Made by a program: the position numbers and the translations under genes
Source of the DNA: Bacteroidota bacterium
GTDB lineage: Bacteria > Bacteroidota > Bacteroidia > 2-12-FULL-35-15
Assembly: GCA_017303895.1 (NCBI GenBank)
Contig: JAFLBF010000008.1
Span: 8,813-72,812, forward strand
Length of the DNA stretch: 64,000 nt
Direction of reading: 5' to 3'
Part shown: positions 9,653 through 19,240 of the stretch, one piece after another
Position numbering within the stretch: the first letter of the stretch is position 1
Layout: the number at the start of each line of letters is the position of its first letter
The notes under the pieces: generated by a model
Told to the model about the DNA's origin: nothing
Databases searched by the model: none
Seen by the model: only the letters and a program-made list of their open reading frames with translations

Positions 9653-10640
9653 ATGTTCTTAATAAAAATTCTATCAATAGTAAGACAGACGCAGTAATTG
9701 CAAATGGCAAAAAATGCTCTGCTTTATTCGTAAAGTTCTTTTCTTCAAAAATGGTTTTTTCCATCCTGTCGATCTCTTTGTAAATATCTTTTAACTTATC
9801 ATTATCGGTTGCTCTAAAATATTTTCCTCCCGTCATTTCTGCTATCTGCGTCAATGAAGCATCGTCTATATTTACATCTACATAGCCATACTCATAAGAT
9901 CCGTCAGGGTACATGGCTACAGGAGATAATGCTTTACCAATTGTTCCAACACCTATCGTATATACTCTTACTCCAAACGCTTCCGCAATTTCAGCCGCAG
10001 TAAGAGGCGCTACTTGCCCTTGATTATTAACACCATCCGTTAGTAATATCACCACCTTGCTCTTGGCTTTGCTATCCTTTACACGTGTTACAGCTGTTGC
10101 CAGACCATTTCCAATAGCAGTTCCATCTGCAACCATTCCCGTATGGATTCCGGAGAATAAATTCTTTAATACTGCATGATCACTCGTAAGTGGACATTGG
10201 GTAAAGCTTTCACCACTGAATATGACCAGACCGATACGATCATTCGGACGGCTATCAATAAACTCCTGAGCAACTTCTTTAGCTGCTTCCAAACGATCGG
10301 GTTTAAAATCTCTGGCTAACATACTTCCTGAAATATCCAATGCCATTATAATGTCAATCCCTTCCGTTTTTACATCCTTCCAGCTGGAACGTGATTGAGG
10401 ACGAGCTAGAACAACTATCAATAAAGACAAAGCCAACAAACGAAGAACGAGCTGTATATGTCTGAAGTACTGTTTTAAAGATGTTTTTAAGCCTTCAAAA
10501 TTTTGAAAAGAGGAAATCTGCATCTCTGCATGATAGGTCTTACTTCTCCAGATATACCAAACAAGTATGCAAGGAATGAGCAGTAATAACCACAACAATT
10601 CCTTGTTAGCAAAAGTGATATCTGAAAAATAATCCAACAT
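9630..10640 (-). CDS. batA: BatA-like von Willebrand factor A domain membrane protein
   Basis: 336 aa. Two N-terminal TMs. vWA MIDAS in IIMALDISGSM. C-terminal TM (FAITASVLLLIEFLL). Confidence 0.75.
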   Translation of the reverse strand: MLDYFSDITFANKELLWLLLLIPCILVWYIWRSKTYHAEMQISSFQNFEGLKTSLKQYFRHIQLVLRLLALSLLIVVLARPQSRSSWKDVKTEGIDIIMALDISGSMLARDFKPDRLEAAKEVAQEFIDSRPNDRIGLVIFSGESFTQCPLTSDHAVLKNLFSGIHTGMVADGTAIGNGLATAVTRVKDSKAKSKVVILLTDGVNNQGQVAPLTAAEIAEAFGVRVYTIGVGTIGKALSPVAMYPDGSYEYGYVDVNIDDASLTQIAEMTGGKYFRATDNDKLKDIYKEIDRMEKTIFEEKNFTNKAEHFLPFAITASVLLLIEFLLRTFVFRSIP

Positions 10641-10643
10641 CTT

Positions 10644-11606
10644 CTACTTTTTTATTTCTTCTTCTTTTTTAGTCCCATTAATAAAATCAACCGCATTACT
10701 CATACTCAATTCATTCTCGTTTGGCAATGGGTGTTCCTTTGCAAACTTCACGAGATCGGCCAATAATAATACTTGCTTTAACTTACCAATGCTTTCATTA
10801 TCAATAGCCACGTTTCTGAAGCCAAACAAGATCTCGTCTGTAGTCTGCTCCATAGCTGGGATCTTAAATCTATTCTCAATATACTCACGCAAAATACCTG
10901 TTAATTTACTATGATATAGTTTCAGCTTCCCTTCCTGCCATAATTTTTCGCTCTTAAGTTTTTCAATTTTTTCAAGAGCAATGATATGTGCCGGTATTTT
11001 AGGCGCTTCAACAACAATGACCTTTGGTGGTACTTTTCTGAGATACCTGATAAGCAAAATAATGATCACGATCAAAACGATGAGAATCAATCCGCCATAC
11101 ACCACATACATATTGTCTTTCAACCAATCGATCCATGTATAATCAACTTGATAAGGGGCTTTGATCTCTTTTATGGCTTGTGTTGTATCAACGGCAACTG
11201 TAGAAACTTGCAATAAAAGTGGCTCTGTGTACAACGAATTGGTATCATTCAAATGAACATTGAATTTAAATGGAGGAATTGCCCAATAACCACTATCAAA
11301 TGAGGTGATGAGCAGATCCTGATACAAAGTGAATTTAAACGGTGACTTATCAGAAGTAAGTGTATCCACTTTTGATTGTGCGATCACTTCCACTTCTTTA
11401 CGGATTGTATCTTGTACTTCCGGGAAGATCACTTTTACTTTTTTCGGGTCGTTGAATTGCAATTTTAATCGTAAGCGGGTTTGCTGACCAATAACAATAG
11501 AATTGCTATCAATACTTGCTGACACCTTTATTTCTTGGGCAGAAATTCGGCATGCCGATGTGATCAGCAGTAAGAATAAATAAAATATGAATCGTCTCAC
11601 AAACAT
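10644..11606 (-). CDS. Hypothetical membrane protein of the Bat operon, in the position of the DUF4381-like ORF between DUF58 and batA
   Basis: 320 aa. Signal peptide (MFVRRFIFYLFLLLITSACRISAQ) and an internal TM (MYVVYGGLILIVLIVIIILLI). I recognise no catalytic motif. It sits 3 bp downstream of the DUF58 gene and 4 bp upstream of batA. Confidence 0.4.
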   Translation of the reverse strand: MFVRRFIFYLFLLLITSACRISAQEIKVSASIDSNSIVIGQQTRLRLKLQFNDPKKVKVIFPEVQDTIRKEVEVIAQSKVDTLTSDKSPFKFTLYQDLLITSFDSGYWAIPPFKFNVHLNDTNSLYTEPLLLQVSTVAVDTTQAIKEIKAPYQVDYTWIDWLKDNMYVVYGGLILIVLIVIIILLIRYLRKVPPKVIVVEAPKIPAHIIALEKIEKLKSEKLWQEGKLKLYHSKLTGILREYIENRFKIPAMEQTTDEILFGFRNVAIDNESIGKLKQVLLLADLVKFAKEHPLPNENELSMSNAVDFINGTKKEEEIKK

Positions 11607-11609
11607 TCT

Positions 11610-12473
11610 TTATCTGCGTTTAAATAAATTAGTTAGAGGGACAATGTACGACTCCGATGTACTGATATTGGCCGCATCTACCCCACTCTTATTGAACAGA
11701 TCACGAAGCTGTCCTTCTTTTTTTCTGGCATTCAGAGCAAACTGATTTCTTACTTCCTTGTTGGATGTATCTACCCATTTAATCTGACCGTTCTCTGCAT
11801 CGATGAGTTTTACAAGTCCCACATTAGGCAACTCCTGCTCTCTTTTATCATACACTCTAAGTGCAACAATATCATGCTTTCTATTTGCGATCTTTAATGA
11901 TTCAGAAAAATCAGGGCTCATAAAATCGGAGATCACAAAAGCGATACTTCTTTTTTTGATCACACTTGTCAAATATTTTAATGCTACTTTCAGATCAGTA
12001 GCTTTATGCTCCGGCTTAAATTCTATAAGGTCGCGAATGATCCTTAAAACATGGCTTTTGCCTTTTTTAGGAGGAATGAATTTTTCAATTTTATCTGTAA
12101 AAAATATGACCCCGATCTTATCATTATTCTGAATAGATGAAAACGACAATACGGCACAAAGTTCAGTGATCAACTCCTGCTTGAGTTGCTTTTGCGTTCC
12201 AAATTCTCCGGAAGCACTCACATCAACCAAAAGCATGACCGTCATTTCGCGTTCTTCTTCAAACACCTTCACATAAGGATGATTAAAACGAGCCGTAACA
12301 TTCCAGTCGATCGCACGAATATCATCACCTGGCTGGTATTCCCTTACTTCACTAAAGGTCATACCCCTTCCTTTAAAAGCACTGTGATACTCTCCCGAAA
12401 ATATTTGATTGGAGAGTCCGCGAGTTTTTATTTCGATCTTTCTAACTTTCTTTAAAAGTTCAGCCGTTTCCAT
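11610..12473 (-). CDS. DUF58-family protein (MoxR-partner, vWA-like)
   Basis: 287 aa. DUF58-type block HPYVKVFEEEREMTVMLLVDVSASGEFG. Immediately downstream of the MoxR ATPase, as in canonical moxR-DUF58-bat operons. Confidence 0.7.
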   Translation of the reverse strand: METAELLKKVRKIEIKTRGLSNQIFSGEYHSAFKGRGMTFSEVREYQPGDDIRAIDWNVTARFNHPYVKVFEEEREMTVMLLVDVSASGEFGTQKQLKQELITELCAVLSFSSIQNNDKIGVIFFTDKIEKFIPPKKGKSHVLRIIRDLIEFKPEHKATDLKVALKYLTSVIKKRSIAFVISDFMSPDFSESLKIANRKHDIVALRVYDKREQELPNVGLVKLIDAENGQIKWVDTSNKEVRNQFALNARKKEGQLRDLFNKSGVDAANISTSESYIVPLTNLFKRR

Positions 12474-12481
12474 ACGATCAA

Positions 12482-13468
12482 TTAAGGTACCTCAACTGCA
12501 TTTAAGATCTCATTCACAATCATTTCAGAAGTTATATTTTCGGCTTCCGCCTCATAAGTCAAGCCAATACGATGACGAAGCACATCCAGACAAACTGCAC
12601 GAACATCTTCAGGGATCACATATCCTCTTCGTTTGATGAACGCATAGGCTTTAGCGGCCATTGCTAAATTAATACTTGCACGAGGAGAACCACCAAAACT
12701 GATCAAACCTTTAAATTTATCTAGCTTATATTCTTGAGGATAACGGGTTGCAAAAACGATATCTACAATGTATTTCTCGATCTTTTCATCCATATACACA
12801 TCCTTAACCACTTTACGGGCGTTCAGGATATCTTCAGGCTTTAAAACAGTATTCACTGTAGGATACTCACTTGCTAAATTCTGACGAATGATTTTACGTT
12901 CATCTTCTTTGGTAGGATATCCGATCACCAATTTCAACATAAAACGATCCACCTGCGCCTCAGGTAAAGGGTATGTACCTTCCTGCTCAACAGGGTTTTG
13001 AGTTGCTAATACTAAAAAGGGATTGGGTAATTTAAATGTCTGTTCGCCAATGGTCACTTGTTTCTCCTGCATGGCTTCCAGCAAGGCACTCTGTACTTTT
13101 GCCGGAGCACGGTTGATCTCATCGGCTAAAATAAAATTAGCGAAAATTGGACCTTGCTTTATACTGAACTCTTCTTTCTTTTGATTGTAGATCATTGTTC
13201 CTATTAAATCGGCTGGAAGAAGATCGGGAGTAAACTGAATACGACTAAAATCAGCATGAATAGTATTGGCCAACGATTTAATGGCTAATGTTTTTGCCAA
13301 ACCCGGAACCCCTTCCAAAAGAATATGTCCATTTGAAAGCAATCCGATCAATAAGCGTTCAACCATGTATTTTTGCCCAACAATGACTTTGTCCATTTCC
13401 ATTGTTAACAGGTCAACAAAAGCACTTTCACGCTGTATGCGAGCGTTCAATTCCTGAATATCGGTCAT
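12482..13468 (-). CDS. moxR: MoxR-family AAA+ ATPase (first gene of the Bat operon)
   Basis: 328 aa. Walker A LLEGVPGLAKTL. Walker B ILADEINRA. MoxR-type C-terminal region. Confidence 0.85.
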   Translation of the reverse strand: MTDIQELNARIQRESAFVDLLTMEMDKVIVGQKYMVERLLIGLLSNGHILLEGVPGLAKTLAIKSLANTIHADFSRIQFTPDLLPADLIGTMIYNQKKEEFSIKQGPIFANFILADEINRAPAKVQSALLEAMQEKQVTIGEQTFKLPNPFLVLATQNPVEQEGTYPLPEAQVDRFMLKLVIGYPTKEDERKIIRQNLASEYPTVNTVLKPEDILNARKVVKDVYMDEKIEKYIVDIVFATRYPQEYKLDKFKGLISFGGSPRASINLAMAAKAYAFIKRRGYVIPEDVRAVCLDVLRHRIGLTYEAEAENITSEMIVNEILNAVEVP

Positions 13469-13512
13469 TTTAGAGTAATTTTTAAAGGTGATTTTATAGC
13501 ATTTTTACGCCA

Positions 13513-13520
13513 CAAAAATA
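13513..13520 (-). promoter_or_regulatory. Candidate Bacteroidota sigma-A -7 element (TAnnTTTG) for the Bat operon. Speculative.
   Basis: The minus strand reads TATTTTTG about 44 nt upstream of the moxR ATG. I see no convincing -33 TTG at the canonical spacing. Confidence 0.2.
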
Positions 13521-13681
13521 GAATAATCTAATGTTAACAGTAGTTACAGGTTGTTAAAAGTTGTTAAAGCACCACAGGCTCAAATTGTATTTTTTTTCTC
13601 AAAATCTTACTAAACAATGAAAGATTTGTTTTGTTTTTAACCTTACAGTATCTCAAATTTTAATACTTTAGCAACCCACAC

Positions 13682-14134
13682 ATGAATACGCTCGAAAAGA
13701 AAGACATAAAATCGAAAAACAGCCTTTTCTACTCTGTCCAAGTACCTGTCAGGTTCAGTGAAGTAGATGCATTGGGGATCGTTTGGCATGGGCATTATCT
13801 TAAATTCTTTGAAGATGGCCGGGAGGCGTTTGGTCAGCAATATGGGCTAAGCTACCTTGATGTGTACAAATACAAATTTGCAACCCCTTTGGTCAACATC
13901 AATGTTGATTACAAAAAAACGGTGAAGTACGGAGATAGTGTCCGAATTGAAACAACTTTCATCAATTCTCCTGCTGCAAAGATCATTTTTAACTACAAAA
14001 TATTTCGCACATCTGACAATGAATTAGTGGCAACAGGTGAATCAACGCAAGTATTCATTAACATGGACCATGAACTTTTAATAACAATACCTCCATTTTT
14101 TGAAGAATGGAAACGAAAACACGGACTGGCTTAA
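13682..14134 (+). CDS. 4HBT/YbgC-family acyl-CoA or acyl-ACP thioesterase (hotdog fold)
   Basis: 150 aa. YSVQVPVRFSEVDALGIVWHGHYLKFFEDGREAF matches the 4-hydroxybenzoyl-CoA thioesterase family signature. First gene of the plus-strand biosynthetic cluster. Confidence 0.7.
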   Translation: MNTLEKKDIKSKNSLFYSVQVPVRFSEVDALGIVWHGHYLKFFEDGREAFGQQYGLSYLDVYKYKFATPLVNINVDYKKTVKYGDSVRIETTFINSPAAKIIFNYKIFRTSDNELVATGESTQVFINMDHELLITIPPFFEEWKRKHGLA

Positions 14135-14137
14135 CAT

Positions 14138-15289
14138 ATGAAGGTATTCGTTGCTGCAGATAGTATTATTTCACCGCTTGGTTTTAACAGTTCAGAAAAT
14201 TTCTTGAATCTGAAAGAAATGAAGAGTGGCATACAGTTTTTCGAGAAATCTTTTTTCTCCCATGAGCCTGTTCATGCCGCCTATATTGATCCTGCAAAAA
14301 CAGATGAGGCATTTTCCAAGATAGGGGATCCGAAAGCATTCACAAAATTGGAGAAAATAGCCATTCTCTCTATTCATCATGCAATTTCACAGAATCCAAA
14401 AATTGATATAAAAAGTAATAAAACACTTATTATCTTTTCTAGTACCAAAGGAAATGTAGAATTACTAGATCCTTCCAATAAAAGTCAATTTAGCAGAAAT
14501 AAACTTTTTTTATGGGATACTGCGAACACGATCGCTCAGTTTTTTGGAAATCCAAATAAACCTCTTACGGTCTCCAATGCATGTATTTCAGGAGTGGTTG
14601 CTTTAATTATAGGCAAACGATTACTAGTCCAGCAACTCTATGAAAACATTGTTGTTGTAGGTGCAGATGTATTGAGTCACTTTGTTGTTTCTGGCTTTCA
14701 ATCTTTCAAAGCGGTAAGCAATGAGATCGCTAAACCTTATGATGCCAATAGAACAGGTATTTCATTAGGGGAAGCAGCAGGAACCATTATATTAACCTCA
14801 AATCCTGATCTAGCCAGTCAATCGGCTATTGAAGTGAAGGGGGGCGCTAGTTCAAACGATGCAAATCATATTTCAGGTCCTTCCCGTACAGGAGATGGTT
14901 TATTACTTTCAATTGAAAACGCATTGCATGAATCGGCATTAAAACCGGAAGAGATCGATTTTATATCAGGGCATGGAACAGCCACATTATTCAATGATGA
15001 AATGGAATCCCTGGCAATTACAGATGCTCACCTAGAACGTGTTCCAATGAATAGTTTAAAAAGTTATTTCGGACATACTTTAGGAGCAGCTGGTATCATA
15101 GAATCCGTTGTTACACTTGAATCGATGAGAAACAACACTATTATTGGCACCTATAATTATTCAAGTCCGGGAACGTCTAAACCAATACATATTATTGATA
15201 AAACCCAAGCTGCAACATTAGTAAATTGCTTAAAAACAGCAGCCGGCTTCGGTGGTTGTAACGCAGCAATTGCTTTTAGTAAAATATGA
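14138..15289 (+). CDS. Beta-ketoacyl-ACP synthase family protein (KS)
   Basis: 383 aa. Thiolase fold. Cys-containing active-site region TVSNACISGVVAL. His motifs SGHGTATLFND and YFGHTLGAAG. ATG at 14138 is 3 nt after the thioesterase stop. Confidence 0.75.
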   Translation: MKVFVAADSIISPLGFNSSENFLNLKEMKSGIQFFEKSFFSHEPVHAAYIDPAKTDEAFSKIGDPKAFTKLEKIAILSIHHAISQNPKIDIKSNKTLIIFSSTKGNVELLDPSNKSQFSRNKLFLWDTANTIAQFFGNPNKPLTVSNACISGVVALIIGKRLLVQQLYENIVVVGADVLSHFVVSGFQSFKAVSNEIAKPYDANRTGISLGEAAGTIILTSNPDLASQSAIEVKGGASSNDANHISGPSRTGDGLLLSIENALHESALKPEEIDFISGHGTATLFNDEMESLAITDAHLERVPMNSLKSYFGHTLGAAGIIESVVTLESMRNNTIIGTYNYSSPGTSKPIHIIDKTQAATLVNCLKTAAGFGGCNAAIAFSKI

Positions 15290-15921
15290 CAGATAAATTA
15301 TACATATCTGCAGCTTGCTGCATTAAGAATGGAAAAGTGTTCATCAACGGGGAATTGGAACATGAGGACCAATCACATGCATTGTCCATTGATTTCTTAA
15401 AATCGCTCTATAAACACTATGCCATCAACTATCCTAAATTTTACAAGATGGATAGTCTATGTAAATTAGCATTTATTACATCGGAATTGATCTTGAAAAA
15501 TAGGCCAATAGCGCAAGAGTATGAAGGAAAAGACATTGCGATCGTCATTGCCAATAGCTCGTCATCATTAGAAATTGACACCGAACATCAACAAACTATT
15601 AATGACCCGGAAAACTATTTTCCGAGCCCAGCAAACTTTGTGTACACCTTACCGAACATACTCATTGGGGAAATAGCAATAAGAAATCAGATAAAAGGTG
15701 AGAATACTTTCTTTATTTTTGATAAATTTGACACGCATTTCATGGCAACCTACATCGAATCGCTTATTAAAACTCAAAAAGCAAAAGCGTGTATTGTCGG
15801 ATGGGTGGATTATTTCGAGAACAATTACGAAGCCTATTTGTATATTGTAGAAACAAACCCGAAGGGAATGCAATTAACACACGATCAAGAAACTATTAAC
15901 AAATTAACTATAAATAACTAA
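15286..15921 (+). CDS. Small KS-related protein (3-oxoacyl-ACP synthase-like accessory subunit) of the aryl-polyene-type cluster
   Basis: 211 aa. Start overlaps the upstream KS stop (ATGA). No catalytic Cys/His motifs are evident. Its position between KS and ACP matches the small KS-like genes of APE/flexirubin clusters. Confidence 0.4.
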   Translation: MTDKLYISAACCIKNGKVFINGELEHEDQSHALSIDFLKSLYKHYAINYPKFYKMDSLCKLAFITSELILKNRPIAQEYEGKDIAIVIANSSSSLEIDTEHQQTINDPENYFPSPANFVYTLPNILIGEIAIRNQIKGENTFFIFDKFDTHFMATYIESLIKTQKAKACIVGWVDYFENNYEAYLYIVETNPKGMQLTHDQETINKLTINN

Positions 15922-15925
15922 ACGC

Positions 15926-16180
15926 ATGGATGCATTAATCGACAAGTTAAAAGGAGAAATTATTGAGCAATTGAATTTAGAAGATGTAAAAAAAGAGGAT
16001 ATCGACAACGATGCTCCGCTTTTTGGTGATGGATTAGGACTAGATTCGATCGATGCATTAGAATTGATCGTTCTTTTAGAGAAGAACTATGGCATCAAAG
16101 TGTCGAACCCGCAGGATGGAAAGAAGATCTTTCAATCGATTCGCACCATGGCTGAATTCATTGAAGCCAACAAAAAATAA
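15926..16180 (+). CDS. Acyl carrier protein
   Basis: 84 aa. Phosphopantetheine attachment motif GDGLGLDSIDALELIV (DSxD/E). Confidence 0.8.
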   Translation: MDALIDKLKGEIIEQLNLEDVKKEDIDNDAPLFGDGLGLDSIDALELIVLLEKNYGIKVSNPQDGKKIFQSIRTMAEFIEANKK

Positions 16181-16203
16181 TTCTCCTGTCGTCTCTTCTT
16201 ATA

Positions 16204-17408
16204 TGAGCAATAAGGTTTACATCACCGGATTAGGTGTTATTTCCGCCATAGGAAGTAACATTGAAGAAACACTTGATTTTTTAAACAAACAAAAATCAGG
16301 AGTTACTTCATTGGATAATATCGTATCCCGATACCAACATCAGCTTCCTGTAGGTGAAGTAAAAGCTACCAATGCTGAATTAAAAAAATTAGCAGGAGTT
16401 GAACATTTACCTGATAATACCCGGACAACCTATTTGGGCATTATAGCAGCCAAGGAAGCAGTAAAAAATGCAGCTATAAAAGACATTAAAGAATTTCGTA
16501 CAGGGCTTATCTCGGCCACAAGTGTAGGTGGTATGGGAATCACTGAAGATCTATGGCTGGATTATCTCGATACAGGAAAGTCAGGTGAGTGGTTACACTA
16601 CATTGAAACACATGAATGTGGAGACAGTACCGAAAGTATTGCTGATAGCATTGGAGTAAAAGATTATCTTTCAACAATAAGTACTGCCTGCTCCTCTTCT
16701 GCCAACTCTATAATGTATGGAGCCAGATTGATCAAACATGGCATCCTGGATCGTGTCATTGTTGGTGGTACCGACTCCTTATCACGTTTTACCATTAATG
16801 GCTTTATGACATTAATGATCCTTGACAATGAAAATTGTAAACCCTTTGATGCAGAACGAAAAGGCTTAAACCTTGGTGAAGGGGCCGGATTCATTGTTCT
16901 TGAATCGGAAAGAGCTGCTAAAGGGAAAGAAATATTGGCTGAACTAAGCGGATATGGCAACTCCAATGATGCTTACCATCAAACAGCATCATCACCGGAC
17001 GGAGCAGGAGCTTATTTGGCAATGGAAAAAGCATTTAAAGTAAGTGGTTTAAAACCGGAAAACATTGACTACATCAATGCACATGGAACAGGAACCGCTA
17101 TCAACGATCTGTCAGAAGGAACAGCCATTACCAGAATGTTTGGTCAAAAAGTTCCATTGATCAGTTCTACAAAAGCATTTACAGGACATACACTTGGAGC
17201 CTGTGGCGGAATAGAAGCAGTATTTTCTGTTTTAGCAATAAAACACAACACTGTATTCCCTAATTTGAATTATAAGAATCAGATGCCTGAAGTGGAATTT
17301 AAACCCACCACAGAATTACTTCACACACCGATCAACCATGTGTTATCTAATTCATTTGGATTTGGAGGGAATACTTCAGCATTAATTTTTTCAAGACATC
17401 AGGCATAA
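16204..17408 (+). CDS. Beta-ketoacyl-ACP synthase II-like (FabF-type KS)
   Basis: The track ORF starts at 16089 but that frame overlaps the ACP gene. The first plausible start is the ATG at 16204 (MSNKVYITGLGVIS...). Active site STISTACSSSANS. His motifs NAHGTGTAIND and FTGHTLGACG. C-terminal GFGGNTSALIFS. Confidence 0.8.
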
Positions 17409-18473
17409 ATGGAAGCATATATCAACGGGGTTAGTGTCATTTCTCCTCAAAACACATTTAATACTACTGATTTCCTATCAGAACCTGTTGTGCATACAAA
17501 CAACTATTTACAATGTATTGAACCTTCCTATAAAGAATTTTTAAATCCAACGCTTGCGCGTAGAATGGCTCGCTTGATAAAGATGGGAATAGCAGCATCC
17601 AACATTTGTATGAAAGATGCCGGAGTTGAAATGCCGGATGCCATCATCACAGGAAGTGCTTTAGGATGCTTAGAGGATACTGAAAAATTTTTACTGGCTA
17701 TTATTGAAAACCAAGAACAGTTTTTAACTCCAACTTCATTTATTCAGTCGACACACAATACGGTGAGTGCACAAATTGCGCTGCAACTCAAGTGCATGAA
17801 CTATAACTTCACCTATGTTCATAAAGGTTTTTCTTTTGAAAGTGCTTTGCAAGATAGTTTAATGACCATTGCGGAAGGAGAAGCAAAGAATGTTCTTACC
17901 GGTGCACACGATGAAATGACCCCAAAATACTATCGTGTATGCGACAGAATTGGTTATTGGAAAAAAGAAGATATTTCCACTTTTGACTTGATCAAGTCAA
18001 AAACATCCGGCAGTATAGCTGGCGAAGGAGCCGCCTTCTTCATGCTTGGGAAAGAACAAAACGATCATTCCTATGCGAAATTAAGGGGCTTAAAAACCAT
18101 ATACAAGCCTGATAATAATAAGGCTGTTGAGCAAAATATTCATGAATTACTTTCAGAAAAAGGTCTGAGTATAAAAAATATAGATCTGGTTATCTATGGA
18201 ATCAATGGAGATTCCCGTTATGATCATGTTTACTATGATCTGAAAGACGAACTATTCAAAGATGCTACTGCTTGTTATTTCAAACACTTATGTGGCGAAT
18301 ATCAAACAGCATCCAGCTTTGCGATGTGGATCGCTGCGATGATACTAAAAACACAGACTGTGCCTGATGCAGTAGTTATTGGCGAAAACAAACACAAACC
18401 GGTTAAAAATATATTGATCTATAATACATTCCTTAATATTGATCATAGTGTATTTGTGCTTTCACAATGCTAA
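17409..18473 (+). CDS. KS-like chain-length-factor protein (thiolase fold, no active-site Cys)
   Basis: 354 aa. Starts immediately after the FabF-like stop (TAAATG). KS-like N-terminus (MEAYINGVSVISP) but no TACSS-type Cys motif. Typical of type II PKS/APE KS-CLF pairs. Confidence 0.6.
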   Translation: MEAYINGVSVISPQNTFNTTDFLSEPVVHTNNYLQCIEPSYKEFLNPTLARRMARLIKMGIAASNICMKDAGVEMPDAIITGSALGCLEDTEKFLLAIIENQEQFLTPTSFIQSTHNTVSAQIALQLKCMNYNFTYVHKGFSFESALQDSLMTIAEGEAKNVLTGAHDEMTPKYYRVCDRIGYWKKEDISTFDLIKSKTSGSIAGEGAAFFMLGKEQNDHSYAKLRGLKTIYKPDNNKAVEQNIHELLSEKGLSIKNIDLVIYGINGDSRYDHVYYDLKDELFKDATACYFKHLCGEYQTASSFAMWIAAMILKTQTVPDAVVIGENKHKPVKNILIYNTFLNIDHSVFVLSQC

Positions 18474-19240
18474 CATTTCGTTCGTCATTACTACTTTTCA
18501 TTCTTACACTAATCGGGTGTTTTTTTCTGATCTATTTTTATGACATAAGTTGCTGGTGGCTTTCTCTCCCGGTAGTATGTCTTAAATTGCTAATCATTTG
18601 GGGATCAGCAAATATTCAATCTAATTTTTACTTAAAGACACTAAACGGAGCCGATACTCAAAAAAAAGAAATAGCTATCACTTTTGATGATGGTCCAAAT
18701 GCTTTATTTACTCCTAAAATATTGAATGCATTAGCAAGTGAAGAAGCGCAAGCTACTTTTTTTGTGATCGGAAAAAACATCAATGGAAATGAAACACTTT
18801 TGCAAAAAATAAATGAAGCAGGACATACAATTGGCGGACATTCCTTCAGTCATGGGTTTATGATCGACTTTAAAAGCAAAAATGGTTTTATAGAAGAAAT
18901 AGTTCAAACCAATGATCTCATCCATAGAACAATTGGAAAAAGACCACGCTTATTCCGTCCACCCTATGGAGTAACAACCCCTAATATAGCATCAGCTGTT
19001 AAAGCATTAAATCAGGAGGTTATTGGCTGGAATGTAAGGTCGTTGGACACAACAAACGATAGTGCAGAAAAGATCATGGAACGTATTAAAAAAAGCCTTC
19101 AGCCGGGTTCTATCCTACTGTTTCATGATACATCCGATAAAACAGTGGATGTATTAAAACAAACCCTTAATTTTGCAAAAGAAAATGGCTTCAAAGTTGT
19201 AAGTATTGAGCAGCTATTAAATATCAAAGCGTATGAATAA
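18467..19240 (+). CDS. Polysaccharide deacetylase (NodB-homology domain), membrane anchored
   Basis: 257 aa. N-terminal TMs. NodB motifs ITFDDGPN and HSFSHG. Confidence 0.7.
   Translation: MLTFRSSLLLFILTLIGCFFLIYFYDISCWWLSLPVVCLKLLIIWGSANIQSNFYLKTLNGADTQKKEIAITFDDGPNALFTPKILNALASEEAQATFFVIGKNINGNETLLQKINEAGHTIGGHSFSHGFMIDFKSKNGFIEEIVQTNDLIHRTIGKRPRLFRPPYGVTTPNIASAVKALNQEVIGWNVRSLDTTNDSAEKIMERIKKSLQPGSILLFHDTSDKTVDVLKQTLNFAKENGFKVVSIEQLLNIKAYE

Noticed and set aside
13469-13681. Confident promoter or operator calls in the bat/APE divergent intergenic region
   Set aside because: Only partial matches to the Bacteroidota TAnnTTTG -7 motif were found (for example minus-strand TATTTTTG at 13513-13520; plus-strand TACTTTAG near 13665), without a properly spaced -33 TTG. 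They are reported only as low-confidence candidates.
16089-16203. 5' extension of the FabF-like KS ORF as given in the track (start 16089)
   Set aside because: This frame overlaps the whole C-terminal half of the well-supported ACP gene (15926-16180), and the encoded extension is Arg-rich junk. The ATG at 16204 gives a canonical KS N-terminus.
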